A DNA stretch of 64,000 nt from Octopus sinensis (Eukaryota), in NCBI RefSeq assembly GCF_006345805.1, contig NC_042998.1, positions 181,846,001 to 181,910,000 of the forward strand, read 5' to 3'. The notes below the pieces were generated by a model, which was not told the origin of the DNA, searched no databases, and was given only the letters and a program-made list of their open reading frames with translations. The first letter of the stretch is position 1. Every line of letters begins with the position of its first letter. This document shows, one piece after another, positions 1-12,723 of the stretch. A program made the translations under genes and the position numbers.

Positions 1-110
1 AGTCAGGTGGTACTGGCAACTGCCACACTCAAATGGTGTTTTTATGTGTTACATGCACAAGAGCCAGTCCAGCAGCACTGGCAACATCCTCGCGCGAATG
101 TTGCTGGCAA
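1..110 (-). mobile_element. RTE LINE 3'-UTR fragment (cut by window edge)
   Basis: Matches 47870-47970 and 19790-19880 (gagccagtccagcagcactggcaac...). Confidence 0.6.
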
Positions 111-1113
111 AAATGCTTTGTAGTCAAATGGAATACATTATAACACAGGTTTATTTCCATTCAAGTTGTCCTTCAAAAGTCAAGTAATAAATATAATGCG
201 ATTAATTCAATGAAACAGCTCAATCATGATAACTGACTTCATATGATTAAGAAATTAGTATTTATATCTTGAATTAGGGTACTATAAAGCAAGAGACATG
301 TCATACCCATATTCCAATACCAATTGCATGAATAGATTCTTAAATCCGCTGCTTGAGACATCAATGTGGACTGGAGGCCTATATAAGCAAAGACTAAATG
401 AGTGCCTGCTAAAACTAGTTCCACATACCCCCCCCCCACCTTAAAGTTGGAAACACATGCATACATGTTCGATTGCTATGAGTGTATGCAAATAAATGGG
501 TTTACATAGATGTCCATATAACCATACATACAGTTTCTTGTTTTAGGAACCTATGTTAGTCTACATATATCTAGTTACATAAGCACTTATATATGTATTT
601 CATATACAGGTGTCACTTACTTTCAATATCTTATGACTGCTCAACCCACACCTGCCCCCAACCCTCAGTTTGGCTGTGGTTTGCCCCTAAAGACTTTGTG
701 GGATTAGAAGGAGACTGTAAGCTTTGAGTAGCCTATGCATATTTACCTATACCTGCTTTCACTGACATGTGCGAAGGCTTAGTACCTCAAAGCATATGCC
801 AGAAAAAGTACTCTTCTTTTTCACAGCTATCGACAATAATTCTTTGCTAGCTCTCACACTCTACTGAAGGCCACAAACTTAGAACATCCACAATCAATGG
901 AGGTGTTCCAGACTGCTAGACAGTAGTGCTTCTCCTTGGCAGAATACCAAACCAAATTTCATCAAATCTGGTTTTGTTCCTAATTAATTGGGCTATACAT
1001 AACTCTGAGATTATGCATAGTCCTTCAATACTAACTGCAAGTTTTTAAAGTGATCTCAGTAGTTTAAACTTTCCATCAAAACTGCATGATAATTTATATA
1101 AAATTTGCTTAAT

Positions 1114-1500
1114 AGACACAGGAGTGGCTGTGTGGTAAGCAGCTTGTATATTGACCACATGGTTCCGGGTTCAGTCCCACTGTGTGGCACCTTGGGCAAG
1201 TGTCTTCTACTATAGCCTCGGGCCGACCAAAGCCTTGTGAGTGGATTTGGTAGATGGAAACTGAAAGAAGCCCGTCGTATATATATATATATATATATAT
1301 ATGCATGTGTGTGTTTGTCACCTAGCATTGCTTGACAACCAATGCTGGTGTGTTTATGTCCCTGTTACTTAGCGGTCCAGCAAAAGACCCCGATAGAATA
1401 AATACTGGGCTTACAAAAGAATAAGTCCCGGGGTCGAGTTGCTCAATTAAAGGCGATGCTCCAGCATGGCCGCAGTCAAATCACTGAAACAAGTAAGAGA
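1114..1500 (+). mobile_element. tRNA-derived SINE, family A (Octopus OR/OK-like, CORE-like segment)
   Basis: A box TGGCTGTGTGGT, B box GGTTCAGTCCC, CTTGGGCAAGT segment, internal (TA)n and a GAAACAAGTAA tail. More than 12 related copies in the window. Confidence 0.8.
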
Positions 1501-2493
1501 ATGAAAGAGAGAGTAATGAAAAACTTGTCATTAAATTCATTATTATTTAATTAACTGAAAGAGAAGAGTATTTCGATAGGACAAATTACACATAGTCCTT
1601 ACATAGCATCTTGGACAAGTGTCTTCTACCATAATCCTGGCCTTGTTAGTGGATTTAGTCAACAGAAACTGAAAGTGTCCCACCACCACTTAACAGATGT
1701 TGGTTTATGTCCCTAAAACTTAGGAGAATCAAATGAAGCTGTGATGATTTATGTCAGAAGTAACAAGTTTCTTGCGGAGTAAAGAAGTAAAAATCTTAAT
1801 ATCTTAAGTTCTTGCCCTTCGTCCAAAAATGGTTGTGACTGTATTGCTGTAACAAAAGTACTAACACTTTATTGATTTTCCTCATTCTGAAAAGATAGGT
1901 AAGAGCCCATAACATTCAATACCTCACCACAATTAAACATACTGAACTTTCTTAAATAATTGGTTTTCATATAAGAAGCATAAACAAATATTAGTGTCCA
2001 ACTGGTTAATATCAATATAACTTACAAAACTCAAATATATTATTTCAGGATAGTTGCATATTTTGACTCCAGTGGTTGTGGCTGAAACAAGACAAGTACT
2101 ATACCCTGAATGAATTAAATCAATTATATATAATGATAAAATTAAGATGCTGATTTAATAGCCCAGTCAGAATGATGCCTCAACCATTGTGTTTGGCGTC
2201 TGAGACAAGTTAGTTTACCTTGAAGTGCAGGCATGGCTGTGTGAGTGAGAAGTTTGCTTTCCAACAATTTGTGTGCTTTCGTATGTCTTCTACTATAGCC
2301 CTGTATCAACCAAAGCTTTGTAAGTGGATTTAGTAGACAGAAACTGAAATAAGTCTGTCATGTGTATATGTGTTAATGTTTGTTTTTACGTTTACTTATA
2401 ATAAAAAACAATTTTACATTAATCTTATGGGTTACTCTATATTTTTGTAGAGTACAAATTTATCACTATCAACAATATTTTCATTTCTTTTGT

Positions 2494-2537
<44 letters not shown>

Positions 2538-5500
2538 CATGGCTGTGTGGTTAGGGAGCTTGCTTCCTAGCTACATGGTTTCGGGTTAAGTCCCACTGCG
2601 TGGCACTTTGGGTAGGTGTCTTCCACTATAGCCCCGAGCCGACCGGAGCTTTGTGATTGAATTCGGTAGGTGGAAGTTACTGCCGTGTGTGTATGTGTGC
2701 GTATAGCTGCTCAGTGCCTCTCCGAAAGAGAGAGAGGGAAAAATATATATATATATGGGTGCATTTTGTGTCTCCTTGTCTTGAGGTAGTAGTTGTAAAT
2801 GGGCATCAGCATCATACAAGTAATAGCCTAGGTTTCTGCCTTCTGTGAACCAGAAGATAATATTACTTTGCTTGGAAACCTGAGTTGCCAACAGGAAAAG
2901 CATCCACCTGGAAAAAAATCTGCTTCAACAAGTTTCATCTGCCTCATACGAGTGAACATCAAAATGTTGATGCTTCCGTTTGCCAAGATGAAAATCTCAC
3001 TTCATGGCTTAGTGGTTTATCTGTAGAAATGACATCCAGCTTTAGAAACATACTGCAACAATGGATGGTACCAATCATGCAAATGTGGTAAAAATGAAAG
3101 TCATTTTTTTTTTCTTTTTGAATCCATATTTTGAGAGTAAATAAAATCACATCAGTAAACACCAACCATCATTCTTGGCTATCACACATGCACACACAAT
3201 ATTATATACTGAATTTAAGAACTACATTAATTTAATTCCTTGAATCTTGAGTGTTTATTAAAAAAAAATAAACTTCCAAACGAGAGTAAAATTTGAACAA
3301 GAAAATGATAACAATTAATAATTCTATTAGATGTTTCAATTTTTTTTTTTTTTTGCTTTTTTAATATTTCACCCACACTTCTTCCCCTAAACTTCATATG
3401 CAACAAATTGACATTGGATATAAGAGAGTTAAAACAATGGTGAAATGTCAGATCACAAAGCAGAGGATTATCTGAGCAAGTTATTTAGCAAACAAACAAA
3501 AGGGTTTCGTTCACAGACTCACTCTTTAAACACATTGAAATGTTGGGCAAAACTAGATATGAACAAAAACGGTACCTGCCTCTCTGCAAGGGAGGGTGTA
3601 TGTGTGTGTGTGTAGTATGTGCAACATTCATTTTTATCTACTCAATCCAATCAGAATGACATAGCATTTCACATTATGTCTTTATATTATGGAGAATTTT
3701 AAAAATATTATTATCTCAAGATTTACTTAAGTTAAATGAAGGACTATACACTTAAACATATCACAAGGAGTGTAAAGTTAGGCATATCCTAAGACCTGAT
3801 ATTTGAAGAAATTAGCACTATTGCAAAGAATAGACACTGCCATATAATTTATAAAATTCTAGTGATAAAAATAAAAATCTATTCAAATATTTTTCAACTG
3901 TGTAAAAACTATTCAATCCAAGAAAAGTATGAAAAAAAAAAAAAAGAATCATAGAAAGCTAACGAGATTACCTAAATGATACAGAAATAAAAGAAGTAGA
4001 AGCTGTCTTCAGAAGATAATTTACAAAATTGAATGTCAGATACAGAACAAGTAACAAAATGAGTCAAGTTTTGCCCTAATTTAATGGCAGGCTTTTATCA
4101 AGAAGTATAAAAAGTGGATGTTAATTAGCCCCAAGTCAAACAACCTTATAATCAAAGGCACCCAACTCTGACCATCCTATCTTTTAGGAGAGATTTGGCT
4201 GTTATATCTAGCAAGCCAAGCAACCATGTACAGGATCCATCATTGACTTATGAACACAATAGTAATGGAGACAGGTAAATATAACTGAGTCTCTGCAGAA
4301 ATGTGTATATATTGAATACTTGGAACAATCCTTTATCTGAGAAGACCATTCTCAAGTTCATTGAAAACAATGACATTTATACCAAATAAATATAAACAAT
4401 TGTTTAATAAGTCATTATTTTCAACTAACCTGACCATTAAATGCTTGAACAAATGTTTCAGCATTTAATTATTGTAAATGATCTGATATAACAAAAAGTA
4501 TATAAGTCAGTTGTTTCCAATTGAATCATCCCTGAAGCACATGATAAACATACCCATAACAAATTGAGAGATTCATGCAACATTGTTTCCAAGGTTTCAG
4601 ACCCAAAACTTGTACAGAGAATAGTATACATACTCTGTTAGAGTATGATCAACGCTGTGTCCAAGAGGCATGACGAAAGTGATCACCAATAACTGACAGA
4701 TATCACTTTTGAGAAATTACAAAGACTCAGCACATGCACTCGCATGCAAAAATACATCCACCTGTATAGAGTGAGCATTATCTTCACCCCCCACTGCAGA
4801 TTGGGATGATGTCTGATGTTTTGATAGATCCAACTGCACTAGATTGCAGAGCTGCTAAAGGGGTAGAATGTCTGGTAAGGTTTCAGTGAAGCTCAGGTTG
4901 TCTGCTACTTCATTTTACAAAGTACTAACAGAAACCATAGTGCATCTATATGTGACTTGGCCAGCTATGTAATCCTCTACTCTAACTGGACAACTGGATT
5001 ACTTTGGTCTTTATCAGTTGTCTGTCAAGTGTTCACTGCCAGCCAAACACCTGTTCAGTGACCACCACAACAAAATCAAGTAGTAGCTCTTACGCCTCAA
5101 ATGTTTTCCAATGGCAGCAGGTGGCCACCACATCCTCCAAGGAAGTGAAGAAGATATGTAACAGAGGCACAGCAGGAAACAGTAAAGCCATGTGCAAGGA
5201 AACAAGCCAACCACAACAGATACATATCATAACAAATATCTGCCAATACCTTACACCAGAGCAACAGCACACAAACCATGATTTGTGTAAGGACATGTTC
5301 TACAAGATGCTTGCTCGTATGGCAACAACACAAACATAGCTGAAGCAATCTGAATGTTGTAACTAGTCCATTTCTTGAAGATAGAGTTTCATTTTGCCAA
5401 AATTTCCCTTACAAACAGTCAACACCATGTAAACCTACTGCATATAAACATTCTACACACACATAAATATCTCCTCAAGTTATAAATAAGGAAAAAAAAT

Positions 5501-6479
5501 TAATTAATGAGTAATTAGACTAGTTATTCTTATTTAGCCTTGGGTCAGCTCAGCATTCCAACTTTCAACTTATCTTTTTCCCAGACAAGTAAAAGATGAC
5601 ATTATTCAATACATCCTTCTCTCTTTAAAAAGCTAATGTGTAGTTTGAGAGGGTTGGTTGTTATTTCTAGCTAACAACTCTCTTGTTAGTGTTTGACTAG
5701 ACTAAGAGAGTGAGTAAGTGAACCATGGACTAGTAAAACAAGGAGTTGGACCATGGACTAATACAATGAATAATTAGACTATGAGCAATGGACTAGTTAG
5801 CAGTATTAGGGGATTTTTTTTTTTTTTTAACTGATTTATAAATTTGGTATCCTTATAGAAATGTTTCATAGCTACATATAATATAGCAGATGTATATAAA
5901 CTAACACAACTTTAATAAGGTAAAACATACCCATACATGTGAATACAATGGTAGAACTGGTAAACATTGACCCAGAAAACAATAAGGCAAGAAGTGTATT
6001 ATCTATATTTTATGTATTTAACTTTTTAAAAAAATTATTTAAATTAATTCGAACACACTCAGATATGTGCATATGTACGCATACATACACATGCACATTC
6101 ATAAGTAGACGTGTATATACATACATGCATGTGTTTATGTAAGTATACACACATCCATATTTATATGTACATATAAGTATACATAGTTTTTCCCAAAACA
6201 GATGGAGTATTTGTTTTTAATTTAAAATTTAGAAATTCATTCAAGACCTTTTATTGTTGCTGTTGTTGCTGCATACTTTTTTTGCTCATTAAAAAAAAAA
6301 AATCCAAAAAAAAAAAATCAACAGTATGATTTCTTGCTAGCCAAATATTCAAATAAATGATAATCCTGCATCAGTGTTTTTAAAACTTTGCAGACAGATG
6401 TTACCTTTATTATTTCTCTCTCTTTCTTTCACTCTCTCTCGTCAAAAAGATTAGTTTATGTAGTTATTGGCCAGGTTTA

Positions 6480-7030
6480 TCACCTTGATGAAGCATGAAC
6501 TGGAATCTGGTTAACTTTCTGTGAATTAAAATACTTCTCATTTGTTTTTTGAGAGATGAAAAACTTAAAAAATTCATATACAGACCACGAAATAGCAGTG
6601 GCTGGTATCTGGAATATGACTCTAGGTACAACACCTCGGAAGTAACCACGGACTCCGCGGTATTCGTAAACAGTTCGAAAAGCTGTAGCCAAACCTGAGA
6701 TATAAGGTGAGTGCTTTCTTGCACAATGTTCTTGAGTGTTCAGTAAAGTCTTGCAGACATCCTGAGGCATTGTAAGAATGGCTGCTAAGGCACCAGCTAA
6801 TGCACCAGATGCCACGTGAGATTTAGGATCATATTTACGTTCCTTGTTAAATAAATCTTGTGTATAGTCATATGTCATAAAGTGGATCACTTGGAAGGGT
6901 AAATTCATAGTTAGTTGAGTTGGATAACTACGATAAAAGGCTCGCACACCTTCCTGTTTTAAAATGACAAAAACACAGTGAGAACAGTTCCGATATGGAC
7001 TATTGAACATTTGCATTCTTTGTTTAATCA
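6480..7030 (-). CDS. mfrn (SLC25A37/SLC25A28): Mitoferrin coding exon 4 ([11 protein letters not shown]...HASSR*)
   Basis: First AG after a long pyrimidine tract (ctcctcgaag|TGATT) gives G|TG = Val. Open frame runs to TGA at 6482-6480. Candidate AATAAA signals on the minus strand at 6406-6411 and 6250-6255. Confidence 0.95.
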
Positions 7031-10000
7031 CTTCGAGGAGAAATCATGGTGCCAGCAGATCAGGAGCAGATGGAAAAGAGAAAAAGAAAATTGAAAAAAC
7101 ATTAATAAAATTGAAATACAATTTGAAAATGCTTATTACAATAAATATTGTAGAAGGTTATATAAATTTGTAGGTGAAGGAATCAATTGAACTGATGTAA
7201 GTAGGTTTCTATTCATCTTGGGTCAAATTAGTGCAGTATATATCCTTTTCCAAATTTAGCCTAGTCTCTAGTCCAAAAAAGGTTAATGAATTTTTAAGAA
7301 AGTGCAGTCAATAAGGTCATGGTTAGCAAGAGGTCAATGCTAATTGAACTAATTCAAAACTCAGTTCTCATCCATCATAACAGAAGAAATTAAAACTGGT
7401 TGTTTGTGGGAACTCTTTGCATGTTAATGACCTATTTCTCACAGCATATAAGTCAAAGATTTATAGAAAAACTTCCAAACTTCTAAACAAAGCCTATAAT
7501 TAGGAGGCCTCAAAGTAAACCTAGGAAAGAGGACTCCATGGCCATCAAAAAAGTTGACAAGCTTGATAAGCAGAAAGGGAGTAGGTTGGGATTCTAACAG
7601 AGCAGCTAGTGTAGACTATAGATGCATATGAGGCGTAGTGGAATCACAGATAGATTTTGTATGTAACAGATACACAGGAGTAGTTAACAGTAAGAGTATG
7701 TGACATAAACTGCTTCAAATAGTCAGAAGGCTTATTGAATAAACAGTTTCTCTTATTTAGGTGATTCAATAAGCACTGGAGGTAGGCATTCTGAAAGCAT
7801 AGTTGTTGGAATAAGAACGGGGTAGAAAAAGTTCAAGGAGCTAGTACCTCTGATGATAACAAAGAGCTTCTTTCAGAATGAAGGACATTGTACAATGCTT
7901 GTGTACAGAGGATTTGCATTGATTGGAATGAAATAAGGCAAGCATGCGCTACTGGATGTGTAATATTAATGTACATGGACAGAGTACAAAGAGAAACAAG
8001 ATGTAGCGTGCAAAAGAGAAGAATACAATGATACATGCATGTGATGCATATGAAGGATAGCAGTTGTATAAATAAAAAATGTGAGCACTCCACGTGGATG
8101 GAATGTGAACGAGGAAGACCAAAGAAAACAGAGGATGAAGTTGCAAAGACTAATCTCAAGAGGCTGAACCTCACAAAGGAGAAAACAAAAGGTTGCAACT
8201 CTGAGTGTTAATCCACCTAAATTATATAAGCATGGAGAAACATGTAAAAATGATGGTGGTGGAGATGGTCTCTCTCTCTCAGCCACAGGTCTCCACATAC
8301 CATTCTTCTCCCTTCATTAACTCTCTTATTTATCACTTACTACTACTCCTAATGTGTAACAAGAGGTTATCATGCATTCACTCAGGTTCTCTTTCATGTT
8401 TCACTCCATCTTTTCTATTTGCTGGGATTAGGACAGTTCAGACTCTAGAATTACCATGGTCAAAACAATCTCTCCAATGGTGCTAGTATGATGTAATGCA
8501 CCTAGTACATTGAAGTATTTAGCAATAGGAAAGGCATCTAACCTTAGAAACTATGCCAAAAATGGAATGAACAAGTGAGATGTAGCCCTTAGAGCAGTAG
8601 ATCTATACAAAGACTCAGACTGTGATACTTGTAAAACCCAAACCTGCATGGAAAACTGGACATAAAAATGATGACTATTTACTCTCTCATCTGATGTCTA
8701 TCATTTGTGGGGACGCAAATTAAACTGTGTAACATTTTTAACATAGTACCATTATATTAAATTTAGAGTTATACCAATTATCCCACCTTAGTAGGGTTGT
8801 CACTTTTAATATTTATATGAAAACTGCTATAGTTACAGCTTCATATCAGCCACAAACAGGTCAGTGGAGGAATGTATTTTACTAATGTTTACTAATGTCA
8901 TGAACACAGTTATACAACCAATGTGCCTGTGCAACACTTAACATTATCTACAAAATACAAGTGTCAATAGATTTTAGTAGATTTTTTTCATCCTGTTGCA
9001 CACTATCAACAGAATTTAATAATGTGATAAGATTAGGGATAACAGCATCTTTAATCAAAGCCCAATCCAGCTGTATCAGTGATATGGTGCATGTGGGATA
9101 GTCAAGACTACATTAGAAACCCTATACCAATACACAATCTACTGTTTTAAAGCAAACTAAGGGGGTTATTTCAAACACATGTGAATACTGCTAAGATTCA
9201 CTACTACTAAAATTACCCTTCACTTAAGTTGCAAAATACAAGACATTAAATGTATTAATACAAAACAAAACTATAGCAGTGAGACGTGGCAGTAATATAC
9301 ATGTGTACCAAAGTGCACATATGTATTGCTAAAAATCAAACCTTTGGCTCATTTAATACATCATACCAAACAAAATAAAAATGTAAAATATATATTTAAA
9401 AGCTCAAAAGTGACAGCCAACAAAAAAAAATAATAATTAAGAGCGGCAGATAAGCAAACTGGTGCAGTTTAACGTTTCTAGTTGAAATAGTAGTGGTTTA
9501 CCTCAAGTCACTAGTGAAGCAAGAGTAATGTACCCAAGGTTAAAAACACTTAACTTTCGAAAGCAAAGTGTGGCTACTTGTGAATAGTTACGACTAAATA
9601 AGTTCAAGCTAACTGCTGGAAACATTAAGAGCACTCTAAAATCGACAAGTCTTTTGTCAACTTTACACACTGAGTTCAATTGCTTTGGTGGATAAAGCTA
9701 GGGGAAAGATCGATTCAAACTGATTGGCATGCCCCAAAATACAATGATTAATGGCATGGTTCTTCGTATGAGACACAGAGTTATGTCCCTTCTACATCGC
9801 ATCATTTAGCAGGCACTACCTGTGAGGTTCCTGTATATTTCAATCTTCATGGTTGAAACTTATCTCTATAACAGCAGTTTATGCTTATATAAACTGAATT
9901 TGTTTCTGCATTTTCTTATGTGTATTATAAATTTACAGTAAAAATATTTCTTTACCTTCACCCATTTAATACAATAAATGAATTAATTGCATTGCAATTA

Positions 10001-12690
10001 AAAACATTTATGTATTAAGAATTTGGGTACTTTACCAACAAGTATATTGGATAAATGATATCCCATAGTGGGTTAAACTCATAACCCCTATCTTATTTTG
10101 TACTATATATATATAATATATATAATTAATTAATAAGGGTGAGAGAATTAGATACTAATTTAATAGTATACCTATTCAACACCAAGTGGCCCAGTGCACC
10201 GAGAAACCTGGATTATTATAATATTTTATAACATATAATATTTTATACAACTCACTTTCTATGATACAAGTAGAGATTCTTTGAGTTGAAATTCAAATCT
10301 TGCTCCATGATTTGAATTTCAACTTTGATTAAACCTTTCTCCACACTGAATACTTGAAATATCTGGCTAATTAACAAACTACTGTTTTTATTTTATTACT
10401 ACAAAACTTTTCTTTCTAGTATGTAAGAAAACTAGATTGACACAGAGTGGAACAAAATATTCGCTGTAGCATCAATGAATGACTGAATGCAGGATCTTTT
10501 TTCTCTTAATGAATCACTGAGTAAAAATAGAAAGATGACCCTTTACCATTCACATTATTCTGTCAAAAGTAATGCTTATTTAGTCACATTGTTTTGAATT
10601 AATCATGCATTATCCTGTAGCTTTGAGATTTTGATGAGGTTACAGTTAATTTTTAGAACAACATAGGGTTGGTGTGAGAGGCTAAATCTGGCCACTTTGT
10701 TCATAATACAGGTAGAATATTTTGGCCAGATATGGCCAGTTTAAATGCTAAAGGGATAAATATAGCTCTAAACATAACAATGTAGAAAATAATAGGTGGT
10801 GACCATAGAGTGATAAAGAAGTTAGATAATTATATCTGTTTAATAAACAAATAAAACCATTTAATGTTTATCAACAACAAATAATGCTCACCATCAGCTG
10901 GATTCATTACAGCATCATGCAGAAGAGTTGCTCCACAAGCGGCAAAAGCTGAAGAGTAAAATGAAATATGATTAAAATTAAAAATAGGAAAATGACATCT
11001 TAGGATGCAATATAACAAATTCAAAGCCTGAACCTTTTCAAGTATCACCCAATGCTCGTTAAGAAATTAAAAAGAGAATTTTATTGCATAACCTTGACAA
11101 TCAATTCCATTATATTTACTGTCAAGATTACAATGGAATTAATTATGTATTTAGGTTTTGCAAGAAATGGTTTTCAGTACAAAAATAAAATAAAAAAATA
11201 GAAATATCAAAATTTGTCTTCCTGCTGTTGTTGATGATATCCAATCCCATGTTTGAAAGAACAAATGATTGAAGGGCATTCTAGCCATGACCATCGTGTC
11301 TTTATTTGTTGACAGTGTATCTAGAATTAGCCAATGTATGATTCCATTTATAAACTGGTATGGTGCATTGGATAAACAAGGAAAGAATTATATTATTGTA
11401 GATATATTTTCTGCAATAACATTAAAATTATGGAAATTTTCTTTTCTATAAAAATACATATCCCTGAAATTATTGCTTTTTTCTGAAAAATGGATGATTT
11501 CTCTTATTCTTCAAGATTAATGTTGAATTATTTATCAAAAACAATGTTTTCATCGTACTATTTATTCTGTTTTTAATTTTCCAAATCTAGTAAACTATTT
11601 AAATTAAAACTATATCAGTGCAAAGTGTGACTGGTGTGCAAATGAAGATGAAGAGAAAATTTTTGCATTAAAATCAATACAAAATAATACTTTGAACTAA
11701 ATATTTAAAATCAATTAACAAGAGAAGAATAATATATCAATAAATATTAGACGGTGCCAAGTTTTAGGCATAGTTAATTGAAAAACACTTTCTGTCTAGT
11801 AAAAAACTAAAACTAATGCTAGAAGAAATATCCACTCTTTAAAATTTATACTTCATCGAAACATAGGCAACACACACAATAATAAACAAAATCCCCGTAT
11901 TAATAACTTGTACTATTGTAGATGTATTATATATTAAATAACAGTAAAATTATGAAAATTTTATTTTTATAGAAATGCACATCATTGAAATTATTGCACT
12001 TTTCTAAAATGGGATGTTTTTTTCTCATTCAGATGATAATATATTTTAACATTTTGGCCTGTGCAGTATTTTTTTTAAATATGAGAAATATTAATGTTCT
12101 CAGGCCTGAGCCCTTGAGTCTAACTTTACTCTCCACTCAGACTCCTGAGCAAATAAATTAATAGCTAATAGCTACATATACAGTTCAAAGAGTAACAATT
12201 GCTGGCAAATTAATGGACAGAATCACAAAAAGAACTCAAAGAAAATAGCAATAACAGGCCTATATTGTTCACCCGAATCGCTACTTTCCTCATCACTTTC
12301 ATCAGTTTGATTGTCCAAATCACTCTCACTGGCAGCATAAGTGTAAACTCATCATCTGAAGAATAAATAGCACCAATAATTTCCTCAACTACAGAGAATC
12401 TAGGCCTTGCTCATATGAAGAACTAGGTTCGTCACATGCTCGTTTTATTGCAAAATTGTTTTGTTTTTTTTCTTTCTGATTAAAAACAACAGTAAACAAC
12501 AGCTATGGGTGACACCATTAACAATGAGTCATAAACGACTTCACTTGACTACAAAGATGCAACATGATCGGTTGTCTGACTTAGGTATTTTATCTTTTTC
12601 TACATGTTCATTACTGCTTTAACTGGAATCTGGCAGAGACATCTATGCTATTCCTGCTATAGAGGGAACACAGCATGACAGGATTAATAT

Positions 12691-12723
<33 letters not shown>

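Noticed and set aside
5004-5348. Overlapping ORFs on both strands downstream of mitoferrin
   Set aside because: No recognisable domain, splice pattern or consistent strand. Probably old repeat or 3'-flank sequence, left unassigned.
11425-12050. Diverged ~110-bp direct repeat about 520 bp apart
   Set aside because: Visible but AT-rich and old. No termini or function assignable.
12230-12415. Acidic piggyBac-like transposase N-terminus ([19 protein letters not shown]...SDEESSDS) on the minus strand
   Set aside because: Suggestive but short, frameshifted and low-complexity, with no catalytic region or TIR found.
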